Numbered from the stretch's first letter, positions 1 to 10,770 are shown. The stretch: 32,000 nucleotides of DNA from Wallemia ichthyophaga EXF-994 (GCF_000400465.1 NW_008806275.1:692728-724727), one strand, 5' to 3'. Numbers and translations: made by a program. The notes: generated by a model from the letters alone, not told the origin.

Positions 1-1588
1 ATACAGGGACTCTGACCACAGCTTTGGGTACGCCGTCTGCGGCAAAGTGATCATATTCAAGGACGAGGCTGAAATTTTCAGAAATTGCATGCAGGTATTC
101 CCTTTCAGATTCGCCAAGTGGGAGTGGCAACTCCAAGAAGCCACCCTTCTGTGAGAGGGATCCAGAGGTGATACTTTGAGTGAGCATTTCATGCAATTTA
201 GCCTGCTTAGTGGTCATGGTGGTCTTGCCCTCTTCAAGGACTAGCGGAGTGTGTTGACTAACTGGACCATTAGCCATATCAGTGTCAACCATTTCATCCT
301 TGAACACGGTCTTTTCAAAGTCGTGAAGATGGTTCATGACGAGTTGCAAACGGTTGAAGTTGATGTTTCCAAGTACATTGATGTATCCACCGGCGTCTTT
401 CAATATCTTCTTGTAAGATGAGAACAAGAGCTCAAGTGCGCCGTCATTAATGTGAAAACCAGGCAAATGCGGAAGGAAATCATTACCGACGAGAATAGCG
501 AGGAGGATAAAGTCATCGATGATTCTCTCCAAATCATAGTCGAATGGGAGTGTGTGCCTAATTTCCTTAAACTCAAGGTCCAAGTATTCACGGAAGAGCG
601 AGAGGTGCATCAAGTAAAACTTCTGATGTTCAAGGCCTTCACTCTTCTTTTTTTTCTGTGGACCGAAAGTAACTTCCTCTCTAAGCAGACAGAAGTGAGG
701 CTCGTGGGAGAGAAGGCCGAGCATGATGAGATCAGCGTCTAAACCGTAAAGACAGTGTCTCATGTTAGGGTTGTAATGAGGCTGAGCCTTAGTAAGACGA
801 ATGAATTCCTGGATCTTGTGCTCTCCTTCACCAGGAACTTCGTGGCCAGATAAGATAACGTCAATGCCCTGCCATAAAGCATCCTCGGAGATTTTCTTGT
901 GAACGAAATATTTGAGTTGCTGGGAGAGCTTAGCCATGAAAGTGGTTCCTGGAGTGATACAGTTGCTGTTGAATGCGTCATCAATGTTTTCACCCAAACG
1001 TTCAGCTTTTGTAAGGTTTTCAGCGTGTTCTTGAGCAGTTCTAAATCGACGGCTACGTTGCTGGTTCATCTTGGCACGAGGAGCAACACCGTCAACGGCC
1101 ATGAAGAATGTCTTGCGAGGTCTAATTTTCGAGAAGAGAAATTCAATGTACTAATTGTTGTTGTTAAAACATCTACCATATCTAATATATCCAAACTAAC
1201 CTTGAATATATTCTGTACCATATCAGTCTCATTAACCTTGCGTACGGATCCTTGGCCTGTATTTGCAGCGCAAGTGTGGATGATACCATTCATATCCAAG
1301 TATAAGCAGTCTGTGTGGTTGGTTAGAATCCAATTCGATATCGAGTGGCACACCTACCAAACTCAGGAATACGATTATCTTCAACCAGTTGACTTGTAAG
1401 CGGGTATCTTTCACTGTGGATGCTGTCAGCGTCATATAAATCACGCATATTCCTCTACTCACGATACATATCTGAAGAACTGAGAGATATCAATAAGTAT
1501 TATACGTATTGGAGAGATGAACGTACTTTTGGAATACCTGAGATTTGCTTGTTAGTAATGCGAATTTAAATTATTTAGACTCACCCAT
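1..1588 (-). CDS. XRN1: 5'-3' exoribonuclease 1, N-terminal part (runs off the window start)
   Basis: The spliced translation is MGIPKFFRYVSERYP...DCLYLDMNGIIH...MAVDGVAPRAKMNQQRSRRF...PGEGEHKI...YGLDADLIMLGL...GNDFLPHLP, the XRN catalytic motifs. Introns are at 1538-1584, 1480-1526, 1414-1462, 1311-1357 and 1151-1200. The frame then stays open to position 1. Confidence 0.96.
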
Positions 1589-1794
1589 TTTAGATTTACT
1601 ATGTGATGATGGTTGTCGTCAAATGAATTGAGAAGATACGGTAATCAACGATATCAACAAAATGCATTAATCCTCCCAGAGGTTTGCGTTTACAAGAAAT
1701 AAAGTTAAGAATCGTGAAAACAAATTAGACCAAGTCAAAGATCCCTCTTTACTTGGACTGTTTCACTTAGCACTTGGCACTTTGCACCTTGCAA

Positions 1795-3070
1795 TTAGTG
1801 ATGGAATCTGCGTCTGTTGTGCTGATCCCTCTTAACTTTCATTCTCTTCATTTTGTCATCGTCTACGAGTCTTCTCTGTACTTGTCCACGGCAAGATACG
1901 AATTCATCTTGACACGAGTACGCAGTACCTGGAACCCAGTCGTTGTTACATTGCGTCCATTGTGATTCACAGTCTTGTTCGGCAGTTGCTTGTTGGCCAG
2001 AGTTGTTTTTCTGGTTTGCATTGTTATTCTGCTGCCCTGAGCCTTTGTCTTGTTGAGCAGAGCCATCATTTTCGTCGGCATCGTCATAATCATTTGAATT
2101 GTTGTTGGACCCATCATTAGAGCCATTGTCAGAGTTTCCGTTGCCTTGGTTACCCTGATCTACCTGTTGAGCATGAACATTTGCAGAAGATTGAGCAGGA
2201 GCGAACTTTTTGAAGTTAGATTGTGTGGCGCTTGATGTAGAGTTATCAGAGTTATCAGAACCATCTGAAGTACCATCACCACCACCACCGGAAGCAGCAC
2301 CCTGTCCAACAGTGATAAGCTCAGGACCTGGGAATTGGTATGCTGAATCAGACTGAACGTTATAGATATCACTACCACTCGAAGCTAAACCAGCATCAGA
2401 CCAGCTGTAAGTACCTGGGAAAGTAGCCGTTGCGTCGTCGCTGTAGGTGTTTGAACCATCACCTGTGATAGTCCATGACACGCAGCGAGGGTAGTACTGT
2501 GGCCTTGAAGCATGAAGTGAAATTATCTCAGTTCTCATGAGGTAGTCACCTGTTTTTAAATGCTGTGAGACAATCTTCTAGATGAAAAATCTTCTTTTGT
2601 CACTCACCAGCTGCGAGATCCTCTGGGATAGTCACTTGGTATCCGCCACCATTCATCAATGAAGCTTGCTTCCACTGTCCGTTTTCGAAACCAACTTGAT
2701 CGATCTTGAACCATTTAGCTGAATCAGCGTTCATGTTGGCACAGTCGGTGGTACATTGTGCCATATAAGTGATTATTGGACCTGTATTGTGTGGCCACTG
2801 CTGCTGAGCTGTCTCTTCCCACCAGAGAGTCATAGTGGACCCAGCACCAATCGTAGCAACACTATTTGGTGATGAGTTTGGACCACAAAACATATCCGAT
2901 GAGTATGGGTCCTTGATTGGGTTGATACCAGAGGTCCACTCTGGTGCATTTTGTGAGGACTGATTAGGGTCAGGACCGTTGAAGCCTTGACCATTCACGT
3001 CTATGTAAGAAACCACACCGTGTGCGAGTGCTGAGCTAGCTAAAGAGAGTGCGACGAATGCGTTAACCAT
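1795..3070 (-). CDS. AA9 (GH61) lytic polysaccharide monooxygenase, paralog A, 405 aa, with long disordered C-terminal region and Cys4 module
   Basis: Signal peptide MVNAFVALSLASSALA is followed by His1. It has WPHNTGP (second His), WFKIDQ, TIPEDLAAGDYLMRTEIISLH and QYYPRC (Gln-x-Tyr). There is one phase-1 intron at 2550-2607. Confidence 0.93.
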
Positions 3071-4057
3071 TTTTACAAGACCGGCTTGTTTGAACGACTT
3101 TTGAAGAACTTGGGTTGTTGAGATGACCTAAGAGAGAACAATGACATTTACGAATTTTTCTTATTACAGGGCAGGAACGGTAAAAAACCGATGACCAGGG
3201 TAATAGCGCATGTACATACGATCGGTCAAATTGATAACAGCAATTGGTAAATTCTCATATAATCCTGCACACTTCCTACTATGCTAGTTATCTAGTTGCC
3301 ATTCCCCACTTCAAATTTGGTTACAGGGCTTGCCCGCTATTCAAGACCGGCCAACCTCCACATCGAAGAGGCGGGAAACTGCTCACTGCCTCAATATATG
3401 TTTGTAAAAAGACCCATTCAAAGATCACACTTGGAAAAGTGAGACTATGCGGACAGAGAGACACACAGTGGTGATGTCACCGATAGAAACTTTCGTGTGC
3501 GTTTGACTTTTAATTTGTATCCAAACATAGATACTAAAAATAGTACAGTCAGCTTCACTGCGCGCGTCTCAAGACAGCGGATGTTGAGAAGACCCTGGTA
3601 TTTTGAAAAGTTCCGAGATTCGCTAAATGAGCGCGTTTAAAGGGTGAGTTTAAGAATGTGAGATAAGAGTACTACATTCAAGAGCGGATAACGTAATTGT
3701 ATCGATTGCTTATTCACGGCTTCCCTGTAAGCACGGCGCAGACCTTCTAGTCGCACGTTCCTGAAACAGTCTTAAACGAGACGGCATATACATGAATAAG
3801 ACAGTTATCCAATCAAACTTAAAATCCAAAAACATCTCACCAAGTCACAAATCAAACAATACTGAAATCCAAGACGCCATATTCATGAGAAGTAATAAAG
3901 ATATAGATGCCTTATCCTGAAGGTATCTAGAAACGAAGGAAATATCTACACGATATATAAAGCGGGTAAAAAACGAAAGGTTAAAGCAAAGCATCAGAAG
4001 AATTCCATTCTCCGATCCGTTTTGGGTGAATGAACATAACCGTCTCTAAAAAGCAAT

Positions 4058-5180
4058 CTAGTGGTGGCGACGAGCGTGTTGAGCGTGCTGGTTGTGCATG
4101 TCTCTCTTGACTCTCTTGGTCGTCATTTTGGCGTTAGAGTTCAATCTTCTTTGGACAGATTGGCCACGACATTGTGCCCATTGGTCTTTGCAGGTGAAGT
4201 CAGTGCCTGGGACGTAGTCCTTGTTGCATTGAGTCCACTTAGACTCGCACTCATCCTCATTTGCTTGAGTTGCACACGATGGGTTTGAGGACGCGGTGTT
4301 TGAGTCGTCGTTGCAAGTTGATGACTCGTCTTCCTCATCAGCACCGTCATCTTGCTTATCACTGTCTGTGGATTGGGAGTCGTCGTTGCTTCTATAGGAA
4401 GCTTGACCACCTTGACCGACGGTAACAAGTGGTGGACCAGGGAACTGGTATTGTTCGTCAGAGTGTACGTTGTAGATACCACCACCGCTAATAGATAAGC
4501 CAGGGTCAGACCAGCTGTAAGTACCAGGGAAGCTACCCCAAGCGTCGTTACTGTAAGTGTTGCTGCCACCGCTACCGTAGATATGGAATGAAACACAAGA
4601 TGGGTAGTATTGTGGCTTTTGTGCGTGAAGGGAGATAATCTCAGTTCTCATGAGGTAGTCGCCTGTAGTAATCAACTGTGAGTCAATGTACTTTGAAAAG
4701 AAAAACACACCCACCCTCTTCGAGATCCCATGGGATGGTGATGGTGTAACCAGCGCTGTTCATCAAAGAAGCTTGCTTCCATTGGCCATTCTCGAAACCT
4801 TTTTGATCAATCTTGAACCAGTTTGCCGAGTCAGCGTTCATGGTCGAACAGTCACCGCTCCAGCAGCGGGCCAAGTAGGTGATAATTGGACCCGTGTTAT
4901 GTGGCCATTGTGAGTATTGCGTCTCCTCCCAGTAGATGTTCATGGAAGAGCCAGCTCCGATGTAGCCTTTGCCATTGGCGTAAGCGTTTGGACCGCAGAA
5001 CATGTCTGGTGAGTATGGGTCCTTGATAGGGTTGATACCAGCGGTCCATTCGGCAGCGCCAGGAGACGCTTGGTTTGGCTCTGGACCATTGAAGCCTTGG
5101 CCTTCAACGTTAATGTACGACACGATACCGTGAGCGAGTGCAGAGCTAGCTAACGAGAGTGCGGCAACTGTCTTAAACAT
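4058..5180 (-). CDS. AA9 (GH61) lytic polysaccharide monooxygenase, paralog B, 356 aa
   Basis: Signal peptide MFKTVAALSLASSALA is followed by His1, then WPHNTGP, WFKIDQ, GDYLMRTEIISLH and QYYPSC. The phase-1 intron at 4663-4714 is at the same position as in paralog A. The true ATG is at 5180; the ORF track start at 5243 is an upstream non-ATG codon. Confidence 0.93.
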
Positions 5181-5248
5181 TTTCGTTCGTAAGTAAGGAC
5201 CGGCCTTGAATTTGGATCTAAAGTACAAGAAGAAAGAACGCACGTCCC

Positions 5249-5254
5249 TTTATA
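5249..5254 (-). promoter_or_regulatory. Candidate TATA box of AA9 paralog B
   Basis: TATAAA on the minus strand, about 70 nt upstream of the ATG at 5180. Confidence 0.35.
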
Positions 5255-6005
5255 CGTAAAATTTGTAGGGTTACACTGGCGGACGGCACTAAACGTCACT
5301 TAGTAGTTTTAAGCGTGTGAGGACAAGCACCGCTATAATAAACGCGTATATAAATAAGGTTGACTTACTTTTGGGATAATTCGTGGAGTGCCTATTGAAG
5401 GGGGCTAGCTTTACGTGACATGTTCGAGACCTGGCGATGACGAGGAGACGTTCTCTAACATCTATTTTTGTTTTCAAGGGCAGCTCAGAGCACAAACGAG
5501 TGCGTTATGGGAAATTTGTGCATTTCATACATGTCATCAGTTGAAGTGGTGTTTTGAGGCTGTGATTGGTATATACGCACGTGCTTAGAAGCCATGTAGC
5601 TAGAGCCACGAGTATATTTGCATTTAAGCGTGTTTTGAAACTATTCCACACAGCTTCATTGGTGGATGTAGACAGCTGTGCGCTGTACCAGAGACCTTAT
5701 TAAGCGGACGATAAGAGCTTCGAAAGGGAGCGACGAGTAGAGCGCGCAATTTATCGCCCCCACTGACACCCGCAAAGTCAAAATCACTTGCCCACAATTG
5801 ATGACTCAAGAAGGCTGCGCCGGAGACTGAAAACTTTAACAGTCGTCTAGCGTCAAAAGAGAAAAGAGAGCACAGACGAAGTTCTCAGTCTTTTTGTAGT
5901 ACCACTCACCTGAAATTGCAAAATTAATTTTAAAATCTCTGACCAGCAGTTACTCTGATCCAAGATTTTGGATTTTCCCGACCACGACCTTGGAAATTGG
6001 ATAAA

Positions 6006-7730
6006 ATGAGCATGAACAGTAAAGATATAGATAAATTAGAAGCGTCGTCTTCAGAAGAGGAGGAGGAGATAAAGGAGAAATATGATAGCCACAGTCGGCC
6101 GTCATCTTCCAACAGCACGACGCCGGCGAATCCAGCGAGTGCGAATCCTACAAAGTCGCACAATCACGGCAGCACATCGCCAACGACGCCACGCCTGCCG
6201 AGCAGCTTAGCAGCGAAAATGGCAGCGATGGTGAATAGAGGCAGAGTATCGAAAGAAAGAGACACTGGCAGCACGAGCAGCGGTGGTAATGTGAGCAACA
6301 TGCAATCGAAAGGTGGCCAGCCAGTGGGAGCTGGGCTTCGGAGCATGCGTCAAGCGCCCCTCCCGCCGAACCAGCTGCGTGAGAAGATGGAAGCCATGTC
6401 AATGAATGACAAGGTGGAAGTGGAGAGGTCATCTCCACAGCAGAAAACAGCAGCAACGCCCTCACCCCCTGGTGGACTCGCAGCGAGACGGGGTATGAAA
6501 CTTAGCATGAACAACAACCCCGCGCCACCAGCAGGCAACACACCCAAAAAGCGTGGCCCGCCTGGAAAGCTGAACCTCAGCAACGATGACGGCAAGCACG
6601 ATACCCCTTTCTCCAAATTCTCAGACATCGTTGACCCTTCTGGTAAACTCAATTTCGGAGAAGGGAAGGCAGTGCTGCATGCATCAGGAGTCAACTTTTC
6701 CACCGGGCACTCATTTAATATTAAAATCGAAGATCTAGAACTGCAGGAGGAGCTTGGCAGGGGAGCGTACGGAGGGGTGCGCAAAGCCAAGCACAGATCG
6801 ACAGGCGTGGTGATGGCAATTAAGGAGATACAATTAGAACTAGACAAGAGTAAACTCGCAGGTATTGCTATGGAATTGGATATCCTTCATCGCGCAGTCA
6901 AGCCCCAGATAGTTGAGTTTTACGGTGCATTCTTCGTCGAAGGCTGTATTTTTTACTGCATGGAGTTCATGGATGCGGGATCGCTCGATAAACTCTACTC
7001 GCCTACATTCGGTGTACCCGAGGATATCCTAGCGTTTGTGACGAAGAATCTGATCATTGGATTACAATTCCTCAAAGATGATCTGCAGATTATACACAGA
7101 GGTGGGTGTGTGTTGATTTGGTTGACTGGATTCTAACACTTCTTCCAGACGTCAAACCCACAAACGTGCTAATCAACAGACGCGGTAAAGTCAAGATATG
7201 TGATTTCGGTGTATCGGGACAACTCGAGAAGTCACTAGCCAAGACCAACATAGGATGTCAATCGTACATGGCAGTGAGTGGGAGATATACGCATGTTTAC
7301 ACCTTACTAACAGAATACATAGCCAGAAAGAATACAGTCACCAGAAAGTGGTGTGCACGCCTCGTTTTACACTGTAAGCTCCGACGTTTGGAGTCTAGGA
7401 TTAACAATGGTGGAGTGTTCGCGCGGTGAATACCCATACTCTTTCTCGAATGTCCTCGCGCAACTGCAGGAGATAGTCAAAGGACCAGCGCCCGAACTGC
7501 CAGCTACATACTCGGAAACGGCAAAGGACTTTATACACTCGACGCTGCGCAAGGACCCGAACGCGCGACCACAATACCAGGAATTACTGGAACATCCCTT
7601 CCTTGCATATGACAAAGAGCCAGATGTGTTTAGGTGGATTGAAGACGCACTGAGGGCTAAGAACGGCGGCAACTTGCCAGATTCGATACCAGAGTCTGAA
7701 CCTAGTCATCATTATGAGAGGTCGCATTAG
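6006..7730 (+). CDS. PBS2: HOG-pathway MAP kinase kinase (Pbs2/Wis1 type), 542 aa
   Basis: Kinase motifs GRGAYG, VMAIKEI, IIHRDVKPTN and [27 protein letters not shown]; the SLAKT activation loop is typical of Pbs2/Wis1. Introns are at 7102-7148 and 7274-7322. The N-terminus is disordered and carries basic docking-like motifs. Confidence 0.93.
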
Positions 7731-7786
7731 AGTGGTATTAATTGACATGTGTAATTTTGATTCTATTTCTTTTATGTTGTGGGTTG

Positions 7787-8632
7787 ATGAATGGCGTTGA
7801 TGGGGTGATCGACCGGTGGACCGAGTATCAGTGGAAAATAAGAGAAAGAGCTGTGTATGAGGATGAGGATGGGGATAATAATGAGGGCAATTATAATGCT
7901 ACAGATACAAACGAATTCAGTCCCGTCGTGCATCACCTACCACAGCGCGCACTCGATGTAAAAACAGAAATAGTTGGAGGAATAGACATAACACCCGCCT
8001 CGTCATCGCATGACGAATGCATAGTAACGATAGTTGTTCTATCCGTCCACGCCCAGCGCGTGCTCTACACGTATCACGAGGCGCACGCAATCAGCGAACC
8101 GTACGTTCCTTCGTATCTAGCGATGCGGGAGAGCGGGCCAATACGCAGGGCGTACACCAACTTCACAGCGCACACGCTCAATCCGATGCACACACCCGCC
8201 GTGTGGCTGATAGACGGCAATGGCAGGCTTCACGAGAGGGAAGCAGGACTAGCTACGCAGGTTGGCGTCGAGCTCGGTATAAGGACGGTGGGGGTGACTA
8301 AGAATTACTATCCAATGACCCATTTCCACGGTGCACTCAGCCATCCCAAGCTGTTTAAAGGGCTGGCTCAACAACTACTCAATAGGCGCGGCGATTGGAT
8401 TGGGTTGCCTGGCGCGTCTGAGAATGCTTCTGCTAACACCTACATCGGCGCTGCTCTCCTCACCGGACGCAATGCTACCAATCCAGTCTTCGTGTCAGCG
8501 GGTCATAGATGTTCATTGCAATTCGCCCTAAGTGTCACATACGCTCTCTCTAAACACCGCATTCCTTTGCCAATTGCCCTTGCTGATAAGGCGGGCAGGC
8601 AGTATATGCGAGAACACAGCTACCACTGCTAA
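7787..8632 (+). CDS. ENDOV: Endonuclease V (inosine-specific nuclease), intronless, 281 aa
   Basis: Motifs VGGIDIT, PYVPSYLAMRE (wedge plus catalytic Glu), WLIDGNGRLH, GLATQVG...TVGVTKN, PVFVSAGH and RIPLPIALAD. All four acidic catalytic positions are present. The first in-frame ATG is at 7787. Confidence 0.9.
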   Translation: MNGVDGVIDRWTEYQWKIRERAVYEDEDGDNNEGNYNATDTNEFSPVVHHLPQRALDVKTEIVGGIDITPASSSHDECIVTIVVLSVHAQRVLYTYHEAHAISEPYVPSYLAMRESGPIRRAYTNFTAHTLNPMHTPAVWLIDGNGRLHEREAGLATQVGVELGIRTVGVTKNYYPMTHFHGALSHPKLFKGLAQQLLNRRGDWIGLPGASENASANTYIGAALLTGRNATNPVFVSAGHRCSLQFALSVTYALSKHRIPLPIALADKAGRQYMREHSYHC

Positions 8633-8787
8633 TATTGATAAAAAATCATGCTATGAATTTGTATGTGAATGACATGTGTAATGATAATATGAAATATATA
8701 AGAAATTGAAAGTTGAGTTAGTTAGTTTCTCACTTTGAAAGTAGGTTCGATGAAATCCAGCTTGTTGCTATATCCACTGCGATGCTC

Positions 8788-10565
8788 TTACTTGGCAAGC
8801 TTGGGACCAGCGTTGATGACAGCCTGGGAAAGACCTTGGGCATACTTGTCGAAAGCACCGTTAAAGAGACCGCCAAGCTTGTTAATCTCCTTGTCAAGTG
8901 CAGCAGTGTCCTTCCATGCTTTCGATGGGTTGAGAAGCTCTGAAGGCACGCCTTCGATGCTCTTTGGAATCTGGAGGTTGAAGATGGAGAAAGGCTCGAA
9001 TTCACTCTTGCCCAAGCTGCCGTCGTGGATGGCGTTGATGATAGCACGAGTGTACTTCAATGGACACCTCTTGCCAACACCAAACTTACCACCAACCCAA
9101 CCAGTGTTGATCAACCAGCAGTTAGTGTTGGCTTTGTTCATCCTCTCTGCCAACATCTTGGCATATCTACCTGGATGCAATACGATGAATGGCTGACCGT
9201 AGCAAGTGGAGAATGTTGGTGATGGCTCCAAAATACCATCCTCAGTTCCAGGCGTCTTGGAGGTGTAACCTGCAATAAAGTGGTATTGGGCTTGCTCTTC
9301 GGTGAGTTTGCTGACTGGTGGTAAAACACCATAAGCATCACAAGTCAACATGATGATATTTGATGGTTGATTTCTACTCAGGCAAGGTATTTTGGCGTTC
9401 TCAATGTACTCGATTGGATAAGCGCATCTAGTGTTCTCGGTGATCATGACATCTTCATAGTTTGGTTCGCGTGTACGAGAATCATAGACGACGTTTTCTA
9501 AAACAGAGCCAAATTTGATAGCGTTGTAGATTTCAGGCTCCTTCTCTTTAGAGAGACCGATAGTCTTGGCGTAACAGCCACCTTCGATGTTGAAGACACC
9601 GTTATCAGCCCAAACGTGTTCATCGTCACCGATAAGTTTGCGTTGGGGGTCTGCAGAGAGAGTGGTCTTGCCTGTACCACTCAAACCGAAGAAGAGAGTG
9701 ACGTCACCTTTCTCACCCTCGTTGGCGGAAGAGTGCAAAGACAATTGACCAAATTTGACTGGTTGGAGATAGTGCATGACAGAGAAGATACCCTTCTTCA
9801 TTTCACCAGCGTATTCGGTACCTAGGATAACCATTTCCATACGCTTGAAGTTAATTTCAACCGAGGTGGCGGAAGTCATACCGGCAGTGAATCTGTTGGC
9901 TGGGAATTGACCAGCGTTGTAGATGGTAAAGTCAGGTTCGCCCCAATTGTCCAATTCCTCTTTGGATGGTCTGATAAGCATATTCTGCATGAAGAGAGCA
10001 TGGTATGCTCTAGCACAGATGACTCTAACTTTGATTCTGTACTTTGGATCCCAGCCAGCGAAAGCGTCAACGACGTAAACATCATCGCGTGTGTTGAGGT
10101 AATCGATGGCACTGAGTGGGAGTATGAGATCATAGAAGAATGATAAAGACGTCTACTCACCGTTCGCGATTAATTTCAAAAACATGCTCAGGCATTCTGA
10201 TATTCACAGGGCCCCACCAGATATCGTCCATAGAGGTCTCTTCAAAGACGATACGCTTGTCGCGGGGACTGCGGCCAGTCTTCTTACCAGAGAAGTTGAT
10301 GAGAGCGCCGTTGGAGGAAATAACAGCGCCTTCTTTCTGGACAGCGTCTTCGTAGAGCTGAGCGACGGCAGAGTTACGCTGAGGGTGGGGTAAGATGGGT
10401 GAAATGGACGGGTAGCCATCAACTCACCTTCACATGAATTCTATCCACTTCAAAACCAGCGTCTGAGAGAGAATGCAATTCATTTGGGAGAGCTGTGATT
10501 GGTTAGAATGGACTAGCCTGTATGAATCCCAACACACTAAGAAATTGCTGCTTATTTAAAGACAT
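8788..10565 (-). CDS. PCK1: Phosphoenolpyruvate carboxykinase (ATP), 544 aa
   Basis: Motifs [45 protein letters not shown] (P-loop), LIGDDEH and NTRCAYP. Introns are at 10493-10537, 10379-10427 and 10112-10160. Confidence 0.97.
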
Positions 10566-10625
10566 ATTGTAAAATCCAAGTTGGTTGTACAGGATAAAGA
10601 GTATTTTCCCCTTTTTTAAATATCT

Positions 10626-10638
10626 CGGCACTGCACGG
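10626..10638 (-). promoter_or_regulatory. CCG-N7-CCG element (AcuK/AcuM-type), proximal PCK1 promoter
   Basis: The plus strand reads CGG-CACTGCA-CGG, 60 nt upstream of the PCK1 ATG and just upstream of a TATTTAAA-like element. It matches the direct-repeat site known for the Aspergillus gluconeogenic Zn2Cys6 factors. Confidence 0.5.
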
Positions 10639-10720
10639 TTACCACGAGTAGCATATGACATTAGACGGAGTGACCGAATTATTTTCATTTTTAGTTTTAA
10701 ATGTGTGTGATTTGAGGGTA

Positions 10721-10770
10721 TATTAGGTTATTTACGGTGATATATGGTTATATTAGGTTATATTCACGTT
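10721..10770. repeat. Degenerate 10-bp tandem repeat (TATTAGGTTA x~5)
   Basis: Units: tattaggtta tttacggtga tatatggtta tattaggtta tattcacgtt. Confidence 0.7.

Noticed and set aside
452-1399. Plus-strand ORFs 452-742 and 899-1399
   Set aside because: They are antisense shadows of the XRN1 coding sequence with no recognisable motifs. The same applies to the many short ORFs opposite PCK1, PBS2, SEC7, the kinase and the transporter.
3887-3922. Short ORF MRSNKDIDALS sharing 13 nt with the PBS2 start
   Set aside because: Several 13-nt matches are expected by chance within 32 kb, and the similarity does not extend further.
4676-4678. Alternative upstream acceptor (ctcacag) in the LPMO-B intron
   Set aside because: It is 13 nt from the used acceptor and would frameshift the catalytic domain. 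The paralog supports the 4663 junction.
8785-8792. GTAAG overlapping the PCK1 stop as a donor for an extended C-terminus
   Set aside because: The unspliced product already has full PEPCK length, and there is no convincing branch point or downstream exon.
10721-10770. TTAGG-containing repeat as an interstitial telomere
   Set aside because: The unit is 10 bp and degenerate, with no TTAGGG tandem run.
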